Shown piece after piece: positions 11,091 through 19,600 of a stretch of 43,367 nucleotides of DNA. Position numbers and translations under genes: made by a program. Source of the stretch: an uncultured Agathobaculum sp. (lineage in GTDB: Bacteria; Bacillota; Clostridia; Oscillospirales; Butyricicoccaceae); the NCBI GenBank assembly GCA_944380945.1, contig CALWJG010000001.1, positions 1 to 43,367 of the forward strand, read 5' to 3'. Under the pieces are notes generated by a model, which was not told the DNA's origin, did no database searches, and saw only the letters and a program-made list of their open reading frames with translations. Position 1 is the stretch's first letter, and every line of letters begins with the position of its first letter.

Positions 11091-11398
11091 CTGCGGCGGT
11101 TGCCGGGATGGTTCGCGCTGTTGCGGTTCACCTGCTGGCGCAGGGCGGCGTTCTCCGCCTCGAGCGCGCGGCACTTGGCCTCCGCCGCTTCCGCCGCGGT
11201 CTTGGCCTTGATATATTCATCCGCCAGGTTGACCGTCGCCAGCGCAAGCGCGCGCGTGGAGGCAAAGGACGCCGAGCCGCCGCAGGCCGCGATGGTCTGC
11301 TGCGCCATCTCCGCCACCTCGTTCATATATTCTACGGTCTCTTCGGCCAGCATGGTGTAATGCTGCCCTGCGATCTTGATCGTCACGCGGTTCGCCAT
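11087..11398 (-). CDS. zapA: Cell division protein ZapA
   Basis: MANRVTIKIAGQHYTM, LATVNLADEY and a C-terminal coiled coil; GAAAGGAAGG RBS. Confidence 0.88.
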   Translation of the reverse strand: MANRVTIKIAGQHYTMLAEETVEYMNEVAEMAQQTIAACGGSASFASTRALALATVNLADEYIKAKTAAEAAEAKCRALEAENAALRQQVNRNSANHPGNRRR

Positions 11399-11455
11399 GG
11401 CTGATCCCTTCCTTTCGCAAAAAAATCGTTCAAAAGGCATATTTCGATAAAATAT

Positions 11456-11466
11456 AGTATACCACA
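11456..11466 (-). promoter_or_regulatory. Extended -10 promoter for the zapA operon
   Basis: TGTGGTATACT on the minus strand. Confidence 0.55.
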
Positions 11467-11595
11467 ATGCGCCCGCATTGGAAACAAAAAATATGCGCAA
11501 AATCCGGCGCGCGGACCGGCGTTTTTTCTACGCCCCGCGCGATGCCGCGCGGCGGCGCGAAAAGATCGCGGTTTGCCTTGTGCCGGCGCGCGCTT

Positions 11596-11606
11596 TGTGC
11601 TAAAAT
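11596..11606 (+). promoter_or_regulatory. Extended -10 promoter for proBA
   Basis: TGTGCTAAAAT about 105 nt upstream of the proB ATG. Confidence 0.55.
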
Positions 11607-11712
11607 AAAAGCGTGGCAGTGTCCCCCGGCGTCCGGCGCCGCGGCCCTGCCCCGATCTTATCAACGCAAACGGCGCGGCAGCTGGCCCCGCCGTTACCGG
11701 AGGTCCCTTTTT

Positions 11713-12516
11713 ATGCTGAATATCAACGAGGTGCGGCGCATTGTCGTCAAGGTCGGCACCTCGACGCTGACATATGACAACGGCCGGCTCAACATCCGCC
11801 GCATCGAGCGGCTGGTCCGCACGATCAGCGACCTGCGCAACCGCGGGTTCGAGATGGTGCTGGTCTCCTCGGGCGCGGTCACGGTGGGCGCGGCCAAGCT
11901 CGGCCTTGCCGAGCGCCCGGGCGAGCTCGCCATGAAGCAGGCCGCGGCTGCGGTCGGCCAGTGCGAGCTGATGCACATTTACGACAAGATGTTTCTGGAA
12001 TACGGCATCAACGTCGCCCAGATCCTGCTCACGCGTGAGAACATCATCGACGACGACCAGCGTGAGAACATCCACAACACCTTCACCGCCCTGCTGCACA
12101 CCGGCGTCGTGCCGATCGTCAACGAGAACGACACGGTCGCCACAGCGGAGCTCAAGCACATCGAAAACTTCGGCGATAACGACACGCTTTCCGCGGTCGT
12201 CGCCCGCATGTGCGAGGCCGACCTGCTCGTTATCTTTTCCGATATCGACGGGCTGTATGATTCCGACCCGCGCAAAAACCCGCAGGCCCGCCTGATCGGC
12301 CACGTCGCCAAGATCGACGCCAAGATCCGCCGCATGGCGGGCGGCGCCGGCTCGTCGCACGGCACGGGCGGCATGGCGACCAAGATCACCGCCGCCGAGC
12401 TGTGCATGGACGCCGGCATCCCCATGCTGGTGGCCAACGGCGACAAGGAAGGCGTATTGTATGATATTGTCGACGGCAAGAGCGTCGGCACACTGTTTGC
12501 AAGGGAGGCCGGCTGA
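11713..12516 (+). CDS. proB: Glutamate 5-kinase (no PUA domain)
   Basis: VVKVGTSTLT, LVSSGAV, VPIVNENDTV, FGDNDTLS, GTGGMATK; ATG at 11713 with GGAGG RBS. Confidence 0.97.
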   Translation: MLNINEVRRIVVKVGTSTLTYDNGRLNIRRIERLVRTISDLRNRGFEMVLVSSGAVTVGAAKLGLAERPGELAMKQAAAAVGQCELMHIYDKMFLEYGINVAQILLTRENIIDDDQRENIHNTFTALLHTGVVPIVNENDTVATAELKHIENFGDNDTLSAVVARMCEADLLVIFSDIDGLYDSDPRKNPQARLIGHVAKIDAKIRRMAGGAGSSHGTGGMATKITAAELCMDAGIPMLVANGDKEGVLYDIVDGKSVGTLFAREAG

Positions 12517-12517
12517 C

Positions 12518-12670
12518 ATGACAAAGCAGAGATCCCACCGCATGATAGACGTCCTGTGCGACAGGCGGCTGCGCTTTTTTACCCGGGCGCAGATCGTCGC
12601 CGCGCTGATCGGCGCGGCCGCAGGCGCATTCCTCGGGGTGCAGGCCTACTACAACGGCTGGCTGGGCTGA
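12518..12670 (+). CDS. Small single-TM hypothetical protein (50 aa)
   Basis: ATG 1 nt after the proB stop; AAGGGAGG RBS; basic N-terminus then a hydrophobic helix IVAALIGAAAGAFLGV. Confidence 0.65.
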   Translation: MTKQRSHRMIDVLCDRRLRFFTRAQIVAALIGAAAGAFLGVQAYYNGWLG

Positions 12671-12707
12671 CTCCCGCAGGCAAAAAATGATGATTTGAGG
12701 TGAGCAT

Positions 12708-13958
12708 ATGCGCGAATTGATGCAGATCGCCGAGGATGCCCGCCGCGTCAAATACGCGGTCGCAAAGCTCGGCACGAACGATAAAAACCGCGGCCTGCGC
12801 GCCATTGCGGACGCGCTCGAGGCGCGGGCGGACGAGATCATCTCCGCCAACCGCACCGACATCGAAAACGGCCGCGCAAGCGGCCTGTCCGACGGGCTGA
12901 TCGACCGCCTGATGCTGGATGAAAAGCGCATCGCCGGCATTGCGGAGGGCTGCCGTCAGGTGGCGGCGCTGCCCGACCCGGTCGGCGAGGTGCTCTGGAT
13001 GCGCAAAACGCCGAACGGGCTGAACATCGGTCAGAAGCGCGTGCCCATGGGCGTGATCGGCATCATCTACGAGGCGCGCCCCAACGTCACGGTGGACGCG
13101 GCGGCGCTCTGCTTCAAGGCGGGCTCGGCCTGCATCCTGCGCGGCGGCAAGGAGGCGTTCCACTCCTCCATGTGCCTGACCCGCCTGATGCGGCAGGCGC
13201 TCGAAAGCGAGGGTCTGCCCGCGGACGCGATCAATCTGGTCGAGGACACCTCGCGCGAGAGCGCCAATCAGATGATGAAGATGAACGGCTACCTGGATGT
13301 GCTCATCCCGCGCGGCGGCGCGGGGCTGATCCAGTCGGTCGTGATGAATGCGACCGTACCGGTCATCGAGACCGGCACCGGCAACTGCCATGTGTATGTC
13401 GACGCTTCGGCCGACCTCGACATGGCGCAGAAGATCCTGGTCAACGCCAAATGCCAGCGGCCGAGCGTGTGCAACGCCGCCGAAAGCCTGCTGGTGCATC
13501 GGGATGTGGCAGAACAGTTCCTGCCCATGGCGGCGGCCGGCCTTGCGCCGAGCGGCGTCGCCATCCACGGCTGCCCGCGCACGATGGAGATTCTGGGGGA
13601 TGCGATCCTCCCCGCGACCGACGAGGACTATGCCCGCGAGTATCTGGGCTATGAGATCTCCTGCAAGGTCGTCGATTCGCTCGACGAGGCGATCGGCCAC
13701 ATCAACCGCTTTAACACCGGCCACTCGGAGTGCATCGTCACCCGCGATTACGACGCCTCGCAGCGATTCCTCGAGGAGGTCGACGCAGCTGCGGTCTATG
13801 TCAACGCCTCGACCCGCTTTACCGACGGGTTCGAGTTCGGCTTCGGCGCGGAGATCGGCATCTCCACCCAGAAGCTGCACGCGCGCGGCCCCATGGGGCT
13901 GACCGCGCTGACCACCACCAAATTCATCATTTACGGAAACGGACAGGTGCGGGAATGA
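12708..13958 (+). CDS. proA: Gamma-glutamyl phosphate reductase
   Basis: GVIGIIYEARPNV, LIPRGG, CNAAE, VNASTRFTDG and STQKLHARGPMG motifs. Confidence 0.98.
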   Translation: MRELMQIAEDARRVKYAVAKLGTNDKNRGLRAIADALEARADEIISANRTDIENGRASGLSDGLIDRLMLDEKRIAGIAEGCRQVAALPDPVGEVLWMRKTPNGLNIGQKRVPMGVIGIIYEARPNVTVDAAALCFKAGSACILRGGKEAFHSSMCLTRLMRQALESEGLPADAINLVEDTSRESANQMMKMNGYLDVLIPRGGAGLIQSVVMNATVPVIETGTGNCHVYVDASADLDMAQKILVNAKCQRPSVCNAAESLLVHRDVAEQFLPMAAAGLAPSGVAIHGCPRTMEILGDAILPATDEDYAREYLGYEISCKVVDSLDEAIGHINRFNTGHSECIVTRDYDASQRFLEEVDAAAVYVNASTRFTDGFEFGFGAEIGISTQKLHARGPMGLTALTTTKFIIYGNGQVRE

Positions 13959-14560
13959 ACAAAAGCATGGAGAAGGAATACAAATGGCGCGCAAATGAAT
14001 ATGTGCTCGGGCAAGCGCTGTTGTGGGCCTCCTCCCGCATCGGCAGCCAGAGCCGCACGATCCATATGCAGTCCCAGTATTACGACACGCTGGACGGGCT
14101 GCTCAGCCGCCAGCAGGCGGCGCTCCGCCTGCGCCGCGAGAACGCGCGCAGCGTATGCTGCCTCAAGATGAACAACCAGAACACGCCCGAGGGCATGCGC
14201 GCGCACGAGGAATACCAGTGCGACGCGGAGACCGTGCAGGACGGCCTGCGCGGTCTGCCGGACAAGGGCGCGCCGCGCGCGCTGTGCGACCAGGCGCTCG
14301 CCGCCCCGCTCGAGATGATCTGCAACGTGGATTTCCGGCGCTGCGCCGTGCTGCTGCAGGAGGGCGACACGGTCTGCGAGCTCGCGCTCGACGAGGGCAC
14401 CCTGCGCCACGGCGGGCGCACCGCCCCGCTGTGCGAGATCGAGCTGGAGTACGTCGCGGGCAGTGAGGATGACTTTCACAGTCTGGCCGCCGAGCTGGCG
14501 GAGTACCTCTCGCTCGTCCCCGAGCCGGAGAGCAAGCTGGTCCGCGCGATGAAGCTGTGA
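13955..14560 (+). CDS. CYTH-domain (triphosphate tunnel metalloenzyme) protein
   Basis: N-terminal EKEYK (ExExK), YYDT, ALRLR, ELALDEG, EIELE, SK; ATGA overlap with proA. Confidence 0.88.
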   Translation: MNKSMEKEYKWRANEYVLGQALLWASSRIGSQSRTIHMQSQYYDTLDGLLSRQQAALRLRRENARSVCCLKMNNQNTPEGMRAHEEYQCDAETVQDGLRGLPDKGAPRALCDQALAAPLEMICNVDFRRCAVLLQEGDTVCELALDEGTLRHGGRTAPLCEIELEYVAGSEDDFHSLAAELAEYLSLVPEPESKLVRAMKL

Positions 14561-14582
14561 CCCGACAGGAATATGTATGCTG

Positions 14583-14615
14583 AGCAGGCCGCCCGACCGG
14601 GCGGCCTGCTTTTTT
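14583..14615 (+). terminator. Rho-independent terminator
   Basis: AGCAGGCCGCCC-GACC-GGGCGGCCTGCT followed by a T-run. Confidence 0.88.
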
Positions 14616-14715
14616 GCGCAAGCGGCCGGTCCCTTCCCCTCTGCCGCCTCCCTGCGCTGCGAAATCGTTCCAAAAAATATATTTTTTGCGGCGGCGCAAT
14701 TCTCGCCCTGCGTTC

Positions 14716-14744
14716 TTGCAAAAAAAGGCGAATTCATGTATAAT
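14716..14744 (+). promoter_or_regulatory. Sigma-A-type promoter of the MBL-DUF3006-lysA unit
   Basis: TTGCAA-17 bp-TATAAT. Confidence 0.75.
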
Positions 14745-14824
14745 CAATATGAAAATGACGGGGACTGTCCTGCATGCAGCGAAGCAGGCGCCCCCTTTGC
14801 CGCAGCTGTGAGGAAGTTTCGCCA

Positions 14825-15697
14825 ATGAAGGACAAGCTCAGGCGCATATTGTGGATCGCAGCCGCCGTCGTGCTGGTCATCAACGGCGCGCTGTTTGCCG
14901 CCGGCCGGCTGCAGACGCAGTACGAGCTGACCGACGCGACCGAGGTCCATTTCATCGACGTCGGGCAGGGCGACGCCGCCCTGCTGCTCTCGGGCGGACA
15001 GGCCGTGCTGATCGACGCCGGCACCGCGGAAAGCGCGAGCGCGCTCGTCCGCTATCTGGAGGAGCGCGGCGTGCGCAGCCTGTATGCTGTCATCGCCTCG
15101 CATCCGCATTCCGACCACATCGGCGGCATGGCCGCGGTGCTCTCCGCGTTTCCGGCCGAGCATTTCTACATGGGGCCGGAGACCCAGAATACCGCCGCCT
15201 ACGAGGACATGCTGGATGCGCTGGAAGCGCAGGGCGTGCAGCCCGCCATTCCCGCGGACGGCGACACGCTGCGTCTGGATTCGGGCGCGACAGTCACCTT
15301 CCTCGGCCCGGCGGACGACGTTTCGGCGGAAAACATGAACGACCGCTCGCTCATCGCGCTGTTTTCCACCGGCGCGGAGCAGGTGCTGTTCATGGGCGAC
15401 GCGGAAGCGGCTGCCGAGCAGTCGCTGCTGGCGCACCATCCCGAGCTCACCTGCGACATCCTCAAGGTCGGGCACCACGGCGCCGCGACCTCCTCCACAC
15501 CGGCATTTTTGTCCGCGATCCAACCCTCCGTTGCCGTCATTTCCTGCGGCGTGGATAACGATTACGGCCACCCCAGTGACCAGACGCTGCAAAACCTGTC
15601 CCTTGCGGGGGTGGACGACATCCGCATCACTGCGGAAGAAAGCACGGTCGTCCTCCCGCTCAACCCACCGTCACCAGGCAAGGAGAATGCTGCATGA
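14825..15697 (+). CDS. Membrane-anchored or exported ComEC/Rec2-like metallo-beta-lactamase-fold hydrolase
   Basis: N-terminal TM/signal; FIDVGQGDA, SHPHSDHIGG, FMGD, KVGHHG, YGHP; no competence channel domain. Confidence 0.88.
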   Translation: MKDKLRRILWIAAAVVLVINGALFAAGRLQTQYELTDATEVHFIDVGQGDAALLLSGGQAVLIDAGTAESASALVRYLEERGVRSLYAVIASHPHSDHIGGMAAVLSAFPAEHFYMGPETQNTAAYEDMLDALEAQGVQPAIPADGDTLRLDSGATVTFLGPADDVSAENMNDRSLIALFSTGAEQVLFMGDAEAAAEQSLLAHHPELTCDILKVGHHGAATSSTPAFLSAIQPSVAVISCGVDNDYGHPSDQTLQNLSLAGVDDIRITAEESTVVLPLNPPSPGKENAA

Positions 15698-15927
15698 AAC
15701 AGACCGGTATTGTCGACCGCTTTGAAGGCGATCGTGTCATTGTCGAGATCGACGGGAAAATGGTCGAATTCCCCCGCGCCGACGCGCCCGCCATGCTGGC
15801 AGAGGGCATGGTCGTGATCCTGCGGGACGGCCGCATCGCTGAGATCGACCAGATCGAAACGCAGCGCATCGAGGATGACATGCGCCGCCGTTTTGAGCGC
15901 ATCCTCGGCAAGCAGACCGACGAATAA
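15694..15927 (+). CDS. DUF3006-family small protein
   Basis: GIVDRFEGDRVIVE N-terminus and helical C-terminus; ATGA overlap with the MBL gene; AAGGAG RBS. Confidence 0.8.
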   Translation: MKQTGIVDRFEGDRVIVEIDGKMVEFPRADAPAMLAEGMVVILRDGRIAEIDQIETQRIEDDMRRRFERILGKQTDE

Positions 15928-15952
15928 CCCAATAGAAAGGCGAACACAACCC

Positions 15953-17218
15953 ATGGAAAAGAAACCCTTTTTGACTTTGGAGCAGGTGCAGGAGATCGTA
16001 AAGACCTACCCCACCCCGTTCCATATCTACGATGAGAAGGCCATCCGCGAAAACGCGCGCCGGGTCAAGGCGGCGTTTGCGTGGAACCCGGGCTTCAAGG
16101 AATACTTTGCCGTCAAGGCGACCCCCACCCCCCGCCTGCTCCAGATCCTGCACGAGGAGGGCTTCGGCTGCGACTGCTCGAGCTACACCGAGCTGCAGAT
16201 GAGCCGCGCCTGCGGCATCACCGGCCACGACATCATGTTCTCCTCGAACGTGACCCCGAATGAGGACTTCAAGCTCGCCAGCGATCTGGATGCGATCATC
16301 AACTTTGACGACATCACCCATCTGGACTATTACGACAAGGTCGGCGAGTGGAAGGAGACCATGTCCTGCCGCTTCAATCCGGGCGGCGACTTCGTGCTCG
16401 AAAACGAGATCATGGACACCCCGCAGGAAGCCAAGTACGGCATGACCCGCGAGCAGCTGATCGAAGCGTTCAAGTATATGAAGGCCAAGGGCGTCAAGCA
16501 CTTCGGCATCCACGCGTTCCTCGCGTCCAATACCGTGGCGAACGAATACTACCCCGCGCTGGCGCGCATCCTGTTCCAGCTCGCCGTTGAGGTGCGCAAG
16601 GAAACCGGCGTGCACATCGCGTTCATCAACCTGTCGGGCGGCGTCGGCATCCCCTACAAGCCCTGGCAGGAGCCCAACGACATCATGGTGATCGGCGAGG
16701 GCGTGCGCCGCGCCTTTGAAGAGGTGCTGGTGCCGGCCGGCATGGACGACGTTTCCATCTACACCGAAATGGGCCGCTTCATCATGGGCCCCTACGGTGC
16801 GCTGGTCGCCAAGTGCATCCACCACAAGCACACCTACAAGGAATATGCGGGTCTGGACGCCTGCGCGGCCAACCTGATGCGGCCGGCGATGTACGGCGCC
16901 TACCATCACATCACCGTGCTGGGCAAGGAAAACGCCCTGCATGACCGCACCTACGACGTGACGGGCGGCCTGTGCGAAAACAACGACAAATTCGCCATCG
17001 ACCGCAATCTGCCGCGCATCGACATCGGCGATTACGTCTACATCCACGACACGGGCGCGCACGGCTTCTCGATGGGCTACAACTACAACGGCAAGCTGCG
17101 CTCGGCAGAGCTGCTGCTGCGCGAGGACGGCACGGTCGAGCTGATCCGCCGGGCGGAGACCCCGAAGGACTATTTTGCGACCTTCGACTTCACCGGCCTG
17201 TTCGACGACATCAAGTAA
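15953..17218 (+). CDS. lysA: Diaminopimelate decarboxylase
   Basis: PTPFHIYDE, FAVKA (PLP Lys), AKYG, INLSGG, EMGR, GGLCENND, GYNYN; AGAAAGG RBS. Confidence 0.92.
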   Translation: MEKKPFLTLEQVQEIVKTYPTPFHIYDEKAIRENARRVKAAFAWNPGFKEYFAVKATPTPRLLQILHEEGFGCDCSSYTELQMSRACGITGHDIMFSSNVTPNEDFKLASDLDAIINFDDITHLDYYDKVGEWKETMSCRFNPGGDFVLENEIMDTPQEAKYGMTREQLIEAFKYMKAKGVKHFGIHAFLASNTVANEYYPALARILFQLAVEVRKETGVHIAFINLSGGVGIPYKPWQEPNDIMVIGEGVRRAFEEVLVPAGMDDVSIYTEMGRFIMGPYGALVAKCIHHKHTYKEYAGLDACAANLMRPAMYGAYHHITVLGKENALHDRTYDVTGGLCENNDKFAIDRNLPRIDIGDYVYIHDTGAHGFSMGYNYNGKLRSAELLLREDGTVELIRRAETPKDYFATFDFTGLFDDIK

Positions 17219-17231
17219 AACAAAACAGCAA

Positions 17232-17261
17232 AAAAAGAGTGCGCGAAAGCGCACTCTTTTT
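17232..17261. terminator. Bidirectional Rho-independent terminator
   Basis: AAAAAGAGTGCGC-GAAA-GCGCACTCTTTTT between convergent genes. Confidence 0.9.
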
Positions 17262-17263
17262 GT

Positions 17264-17506
17264 TTATCCGTTTCCCTGCAGCAGGAACACCGCCGCCAGC
17301 GCCAGCAGAATGACGATCAGCGTCTGCAAAACGCGCAGCGCGCGCTGCCTGCGGCGGTCCCTGCGCCGCGCGCGCTCCTCCGCCGGGTCGGGCGCGGGGA
17401 TGGTCTCCGTGCCGTCCGGCTTATGGTCGATCAGCGGGATATGGCAGGTATTGCATTCGGTGAAGCCAGGTCGGAATTCCGCCCCGCATTTGGGACACCA
17501 CGGCAT
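17264..17506 (-). CDS. Small zinc-ribbon protein with C-terminal TM (80 aa)
   Basis: MPWCPKC...FTECNTC; Arg-rich stretch then a hydrophobic helix; GGGGGAG RBS. Confidence 0.8.
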   Translation of the reverse strand: MPWCPKCGAEFRPGFTECNTCHIPLIDHKPDGTETIPAPDPAEERARRRDRRRQRALRVLQTLIVILLALAAVFLLQGNG

Positions 17507-17518
17507 GCCGCTCCCCCC

Positions 17519-18067
17519 TTACCGTCCGATCAGGTAGAGCAGCGCGAGCGCGGCCACGATCACCGCCGCCACGACCGGCAGCAGCTTGAACGAGGCGTTG
17601 TCCTCCATCGGCTGCTCGGGCATCTCCATGGCCTGCTCCTCGGCCAGACGGGCGAGCTCGTCCTCATCCAGCTCCTCCGCTTCGAGCGCCTGCTTGGTCT
17701 CGTCGATCAGCGCGCGGGCGCGGGCAGTGTCCTCCGCCTCGACCAGCACCTCGATCATATACTGCGCGCGCCGGCCAGTCACCGCGCCTGCATGCTGGGT
17801 CAGCACCTGCCGCATGACGGCGTTCACGCCGCTCTCCCGCAGCATATCGCGGATCATCTCCGCGTTGACGCGCGCCTGCGCCGTGTAGACCGCGATCGGG
17901 TTTTCCAGCGAAACGGCGGCTTCCTCCTGCGCCGTCTCCGGCGCGGCGGCCTGCGCCTCTGCCGCTTCATCCTCCTCCGGCAGGACGTCTACCAGCGGCA
18001 CATGGCAGGTCGCGCATTCGGTAAAGCCCTCCCGGTATTCTGCTTTGCACTTGGGGCACCAAGGCAT
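17519..18067 (-). CDS. Zinc-ribbon + DUF2007 (PII-like signal-transducing) domain protein with C-terminal TM
   Basis: MPWCPKC...FTECATC; AEMIRDMLRESGV...IEVLVEAEDTARARALI is DUF2007-like; C-terminal TM; GAGGAGGGG RBS. Confidence 0.8.
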   Translation of the reverse strand: MPWCPKCKAEYREGFTECATCHVPLVDVLPEEDEAAEAQAAAPETAQEEAAVSLENPIAVYTAQARVNAEMIRDMLRESGVNAVMRQVLTQHAGAVTGRRAQYMIEVLVEAEDTARARALIDETKQALEAEELDEDELARLAEEQAMEMPEQPMEDNASFKLLPVVAAVIVAALALLYLIGR

Positions 18068-18101
18068 TGTGCATCCCCTCCTCTGCAAAGAGTATACCAT
18101 A

Positions 18102-18656
18102 TCAATTTGCGTCTTTCCAGACAAAAATGGGCAGCGGCGGGTCGTTCCGCCGGTTGAGCCAGTCGCAGGCGAGCACGGTGAACCGCCGGTCGTCCAGCGC
18201 GCGCAGATGCGCCAGCACGGCGTCCCGCTCGGCGTAGCCGTTCTCCTTTCCGTAATACAGCGCGAGCGCCATCACGCCGCCCGGCCGCAGCAGCGCCAGC
18301 CCCGCGTCGATCGCGGGGAGCGAAGTCGCGGCGGTGGTAAAGATGTGCGGGTCGCCGCCCGGCAGGCGGCCGAAATTGAACACGATGCAGTCCACCGTGC
18401 CGGGCGCGGCGTACTGCGCCATGTTGGCGTGGCTGTCCTGCACCACCTCGGCGCGCAGCCCCTCCGCCGCGAGCAGTTCCCGCGTTTGCCGGATGGCGTC
18501 CGGCTGGATGTCGAACGCGAGGACGCGCCCCGCCGGCCCTGCCAGCCGGCAGAGCAGCGCGGTGTCGCGCCCGCGGCCCGCCGTGGCGTCGATGCAGAAC
18601 GCGCCCGGCCGCACCTGCCGCCGCAGCAGATCGTGTACAACGGTCAAGGTATTCAT
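18102..18656 (-). CDS. Class I SAM-dependent methyltransferase, YtqB/MnmM-like (tRNA mnm5s2U34)
   Basis: IDATAGRGRDT, AFDIQ, DSH, FNFGRLPGGD and YYG...GYAE motifs; ATG at 18656 with GAGGGGAG RBS. Confidence 0.85.
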   Translation of the reverse strand: MNTLTVVHDLLRRQVRPGAFCIDATAGRGRDTALLCRLAGPAGRVLAFDIQPDAIRQTRELLAAEGLRAEVVQDSHANMAQYAAPGTVDCIVFNFGRLPGGDPHIFTTAATSLPAIDAGLALLRPGGVMALALYYGKENGYAERDAVLAHLRALDDRRFTVLACDWLNRRNDPPLPIFVWKDAN

Positions 18657-18766
18657 ACAAAGCTCCCCTCGGTTTGCGATACCCACAGCGGCAGCGCGTT
18701 TTCCCGCCTCTGGCAGCTGTTTTGCGCCGCTCGTGGTATCATCGTGAAATAAGCGGTATACTGGCC

Positions 18767-18795
18767 ATTATACCACACGCCGAGGGGTTTGCCTA
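18767..18795 (-). promoter_or_regulatory. Promoter for the methyltransferase
   Basis: TAGGCA-17 bp-TATAAT with TGTG extension. Confidence 0.65.
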
Positions 18796-18800
18796 TGCCC

Positions 18801-19508
18801 TTACGAATCGAGGATGCGCCCGTCGGTCGATACGACCACCACCCGCCACGGCAGGAACTTGCCGCTCGCCTGCAGGGCGGTGCGCACCGCGTGCTCGATG
18901 CCGCCGCAGCAGGGCACCTCCATGCGCACGACGGTCACGCTTTTGATGTCGTTCTGCCGGATGATCTCGGTCAGCTTTTCGCTGTAATCGCCCTCGTCCA
19001 GCTTGGGGCAGCCGATCAGTGTGATCCTGTTTCGGATAAAGTCCTGATGGAAATTCGCATAGGCGTAGGCCGTGCAGTCCGCGGCGACCAGCAGGTGCGC
19101 GCCGTCAAAATAGGGCGCATTCACCGGTACGAGCTTGATCTGCACCGGCCACTGCCGCAGTTCGGAGACCGCCGGCGCGCCCGCCGCCGGCTGTGCGGCC
19201 GGCGTGTGGTGCAGCGCCCGCGCCTGACTGCCCGGACAGCCGCAGGCGAGCGGCGGCTGCTCCTGCGCCGCGGCGCGCATGTTCGCCTGCACCGCCGCCT
19301 CATCATAGGCCGCGGCCTCCCGCTCGACAAACGAGATCGCGCCCGTCGGGCAGACGGGCAGGCAGTTGCCCAGACCGTCGCAGTAATCGTCGCGCAGCAG
19401 CTTCGCCTTGCCGTTGACCATGCCGATCGCGCCCTCGTGGCACGCGGATGCGCACAGGCCGCAGCCGTTGCATTTTTCTTCGTTGATCTCTATGATTTTC
19501 CGGATCAT
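18801..19508 (-). CDS. 4Fe-4S dicluster protein of the type usually associated with hcp
   Basis: CNGCGLCASAC, CDGLGNCLPVCP, ACGCPGS, QWPVQIKL, GCPKLD, MEVPCCGG. Confidence 0.88.
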   Translation of the reverse strand: MIRKIIEINEEKCNGCGLCASACHEGAIGMVNGKAKLLRDDYCDGLGNCLPVCPTGAISFVEREAAAYDEAAVQANMRAAAQEQPPLACGCPGSQARALHHTPAAQPAAGAPAVSELRQWPVQIKLVPVNAPYFDGAHLLVAADCTAYAYANFHQDFIRNRITLIGCPKLDEGDYSEKLTEIIRQNDIKSVTVVRMEVPCCGGIEHAVRTALQASGKFLPWRVVVVSTDGRILDS

Positions 19509-19527
19509 AACCGTTCCCTCCGTGGTA

Positions 19528-19556
19528 TTGACTTTGTGCTTTGATGTTACTATACT
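19528..19556 (+). promoter_or_regulatory. Promoter for the Crp/Fnr gene, overlapping a divergent -10
   Basis: TTGACT-17 bp-TATACT on +; TATAGT on - at 19549-19554. Confidence 0.7.
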
Positions 19557-19571
19557 GAGTGGGAAACGTAT

Positions 19572-19585
19572 GTTGTTTGAACAAC
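19572..19585. promoter_or_regulatory. Palindromic operator, candidate Crp/Fnr (HcpR-like) site
   Basis: GTTGTT-TG-AACAAC between the divergent genes. Confidence 0.6.
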
Positions 19586-19600
19586 GAAACAGGAGGAAAT

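Noticed and set aside
8211-11360. 1049-aa + strand ORF spanning mreC, maf, U32 and zapA
   Set aside because: Arg/Ala/Gly-rich antisense frame caused by stop-codon depletion at high GC; overlaps four real genes.
11399-11600. 6S RNA near zapA
   Set aside because: Region is accounted for by divergent promoters; no long irregular hairpin with a central bubble was found.
14745-15952. Lysine riboswitch upstream of lysA
   Set aside because: Available leaders (~75 nt and 25 nt) are too short and lack the consensus.
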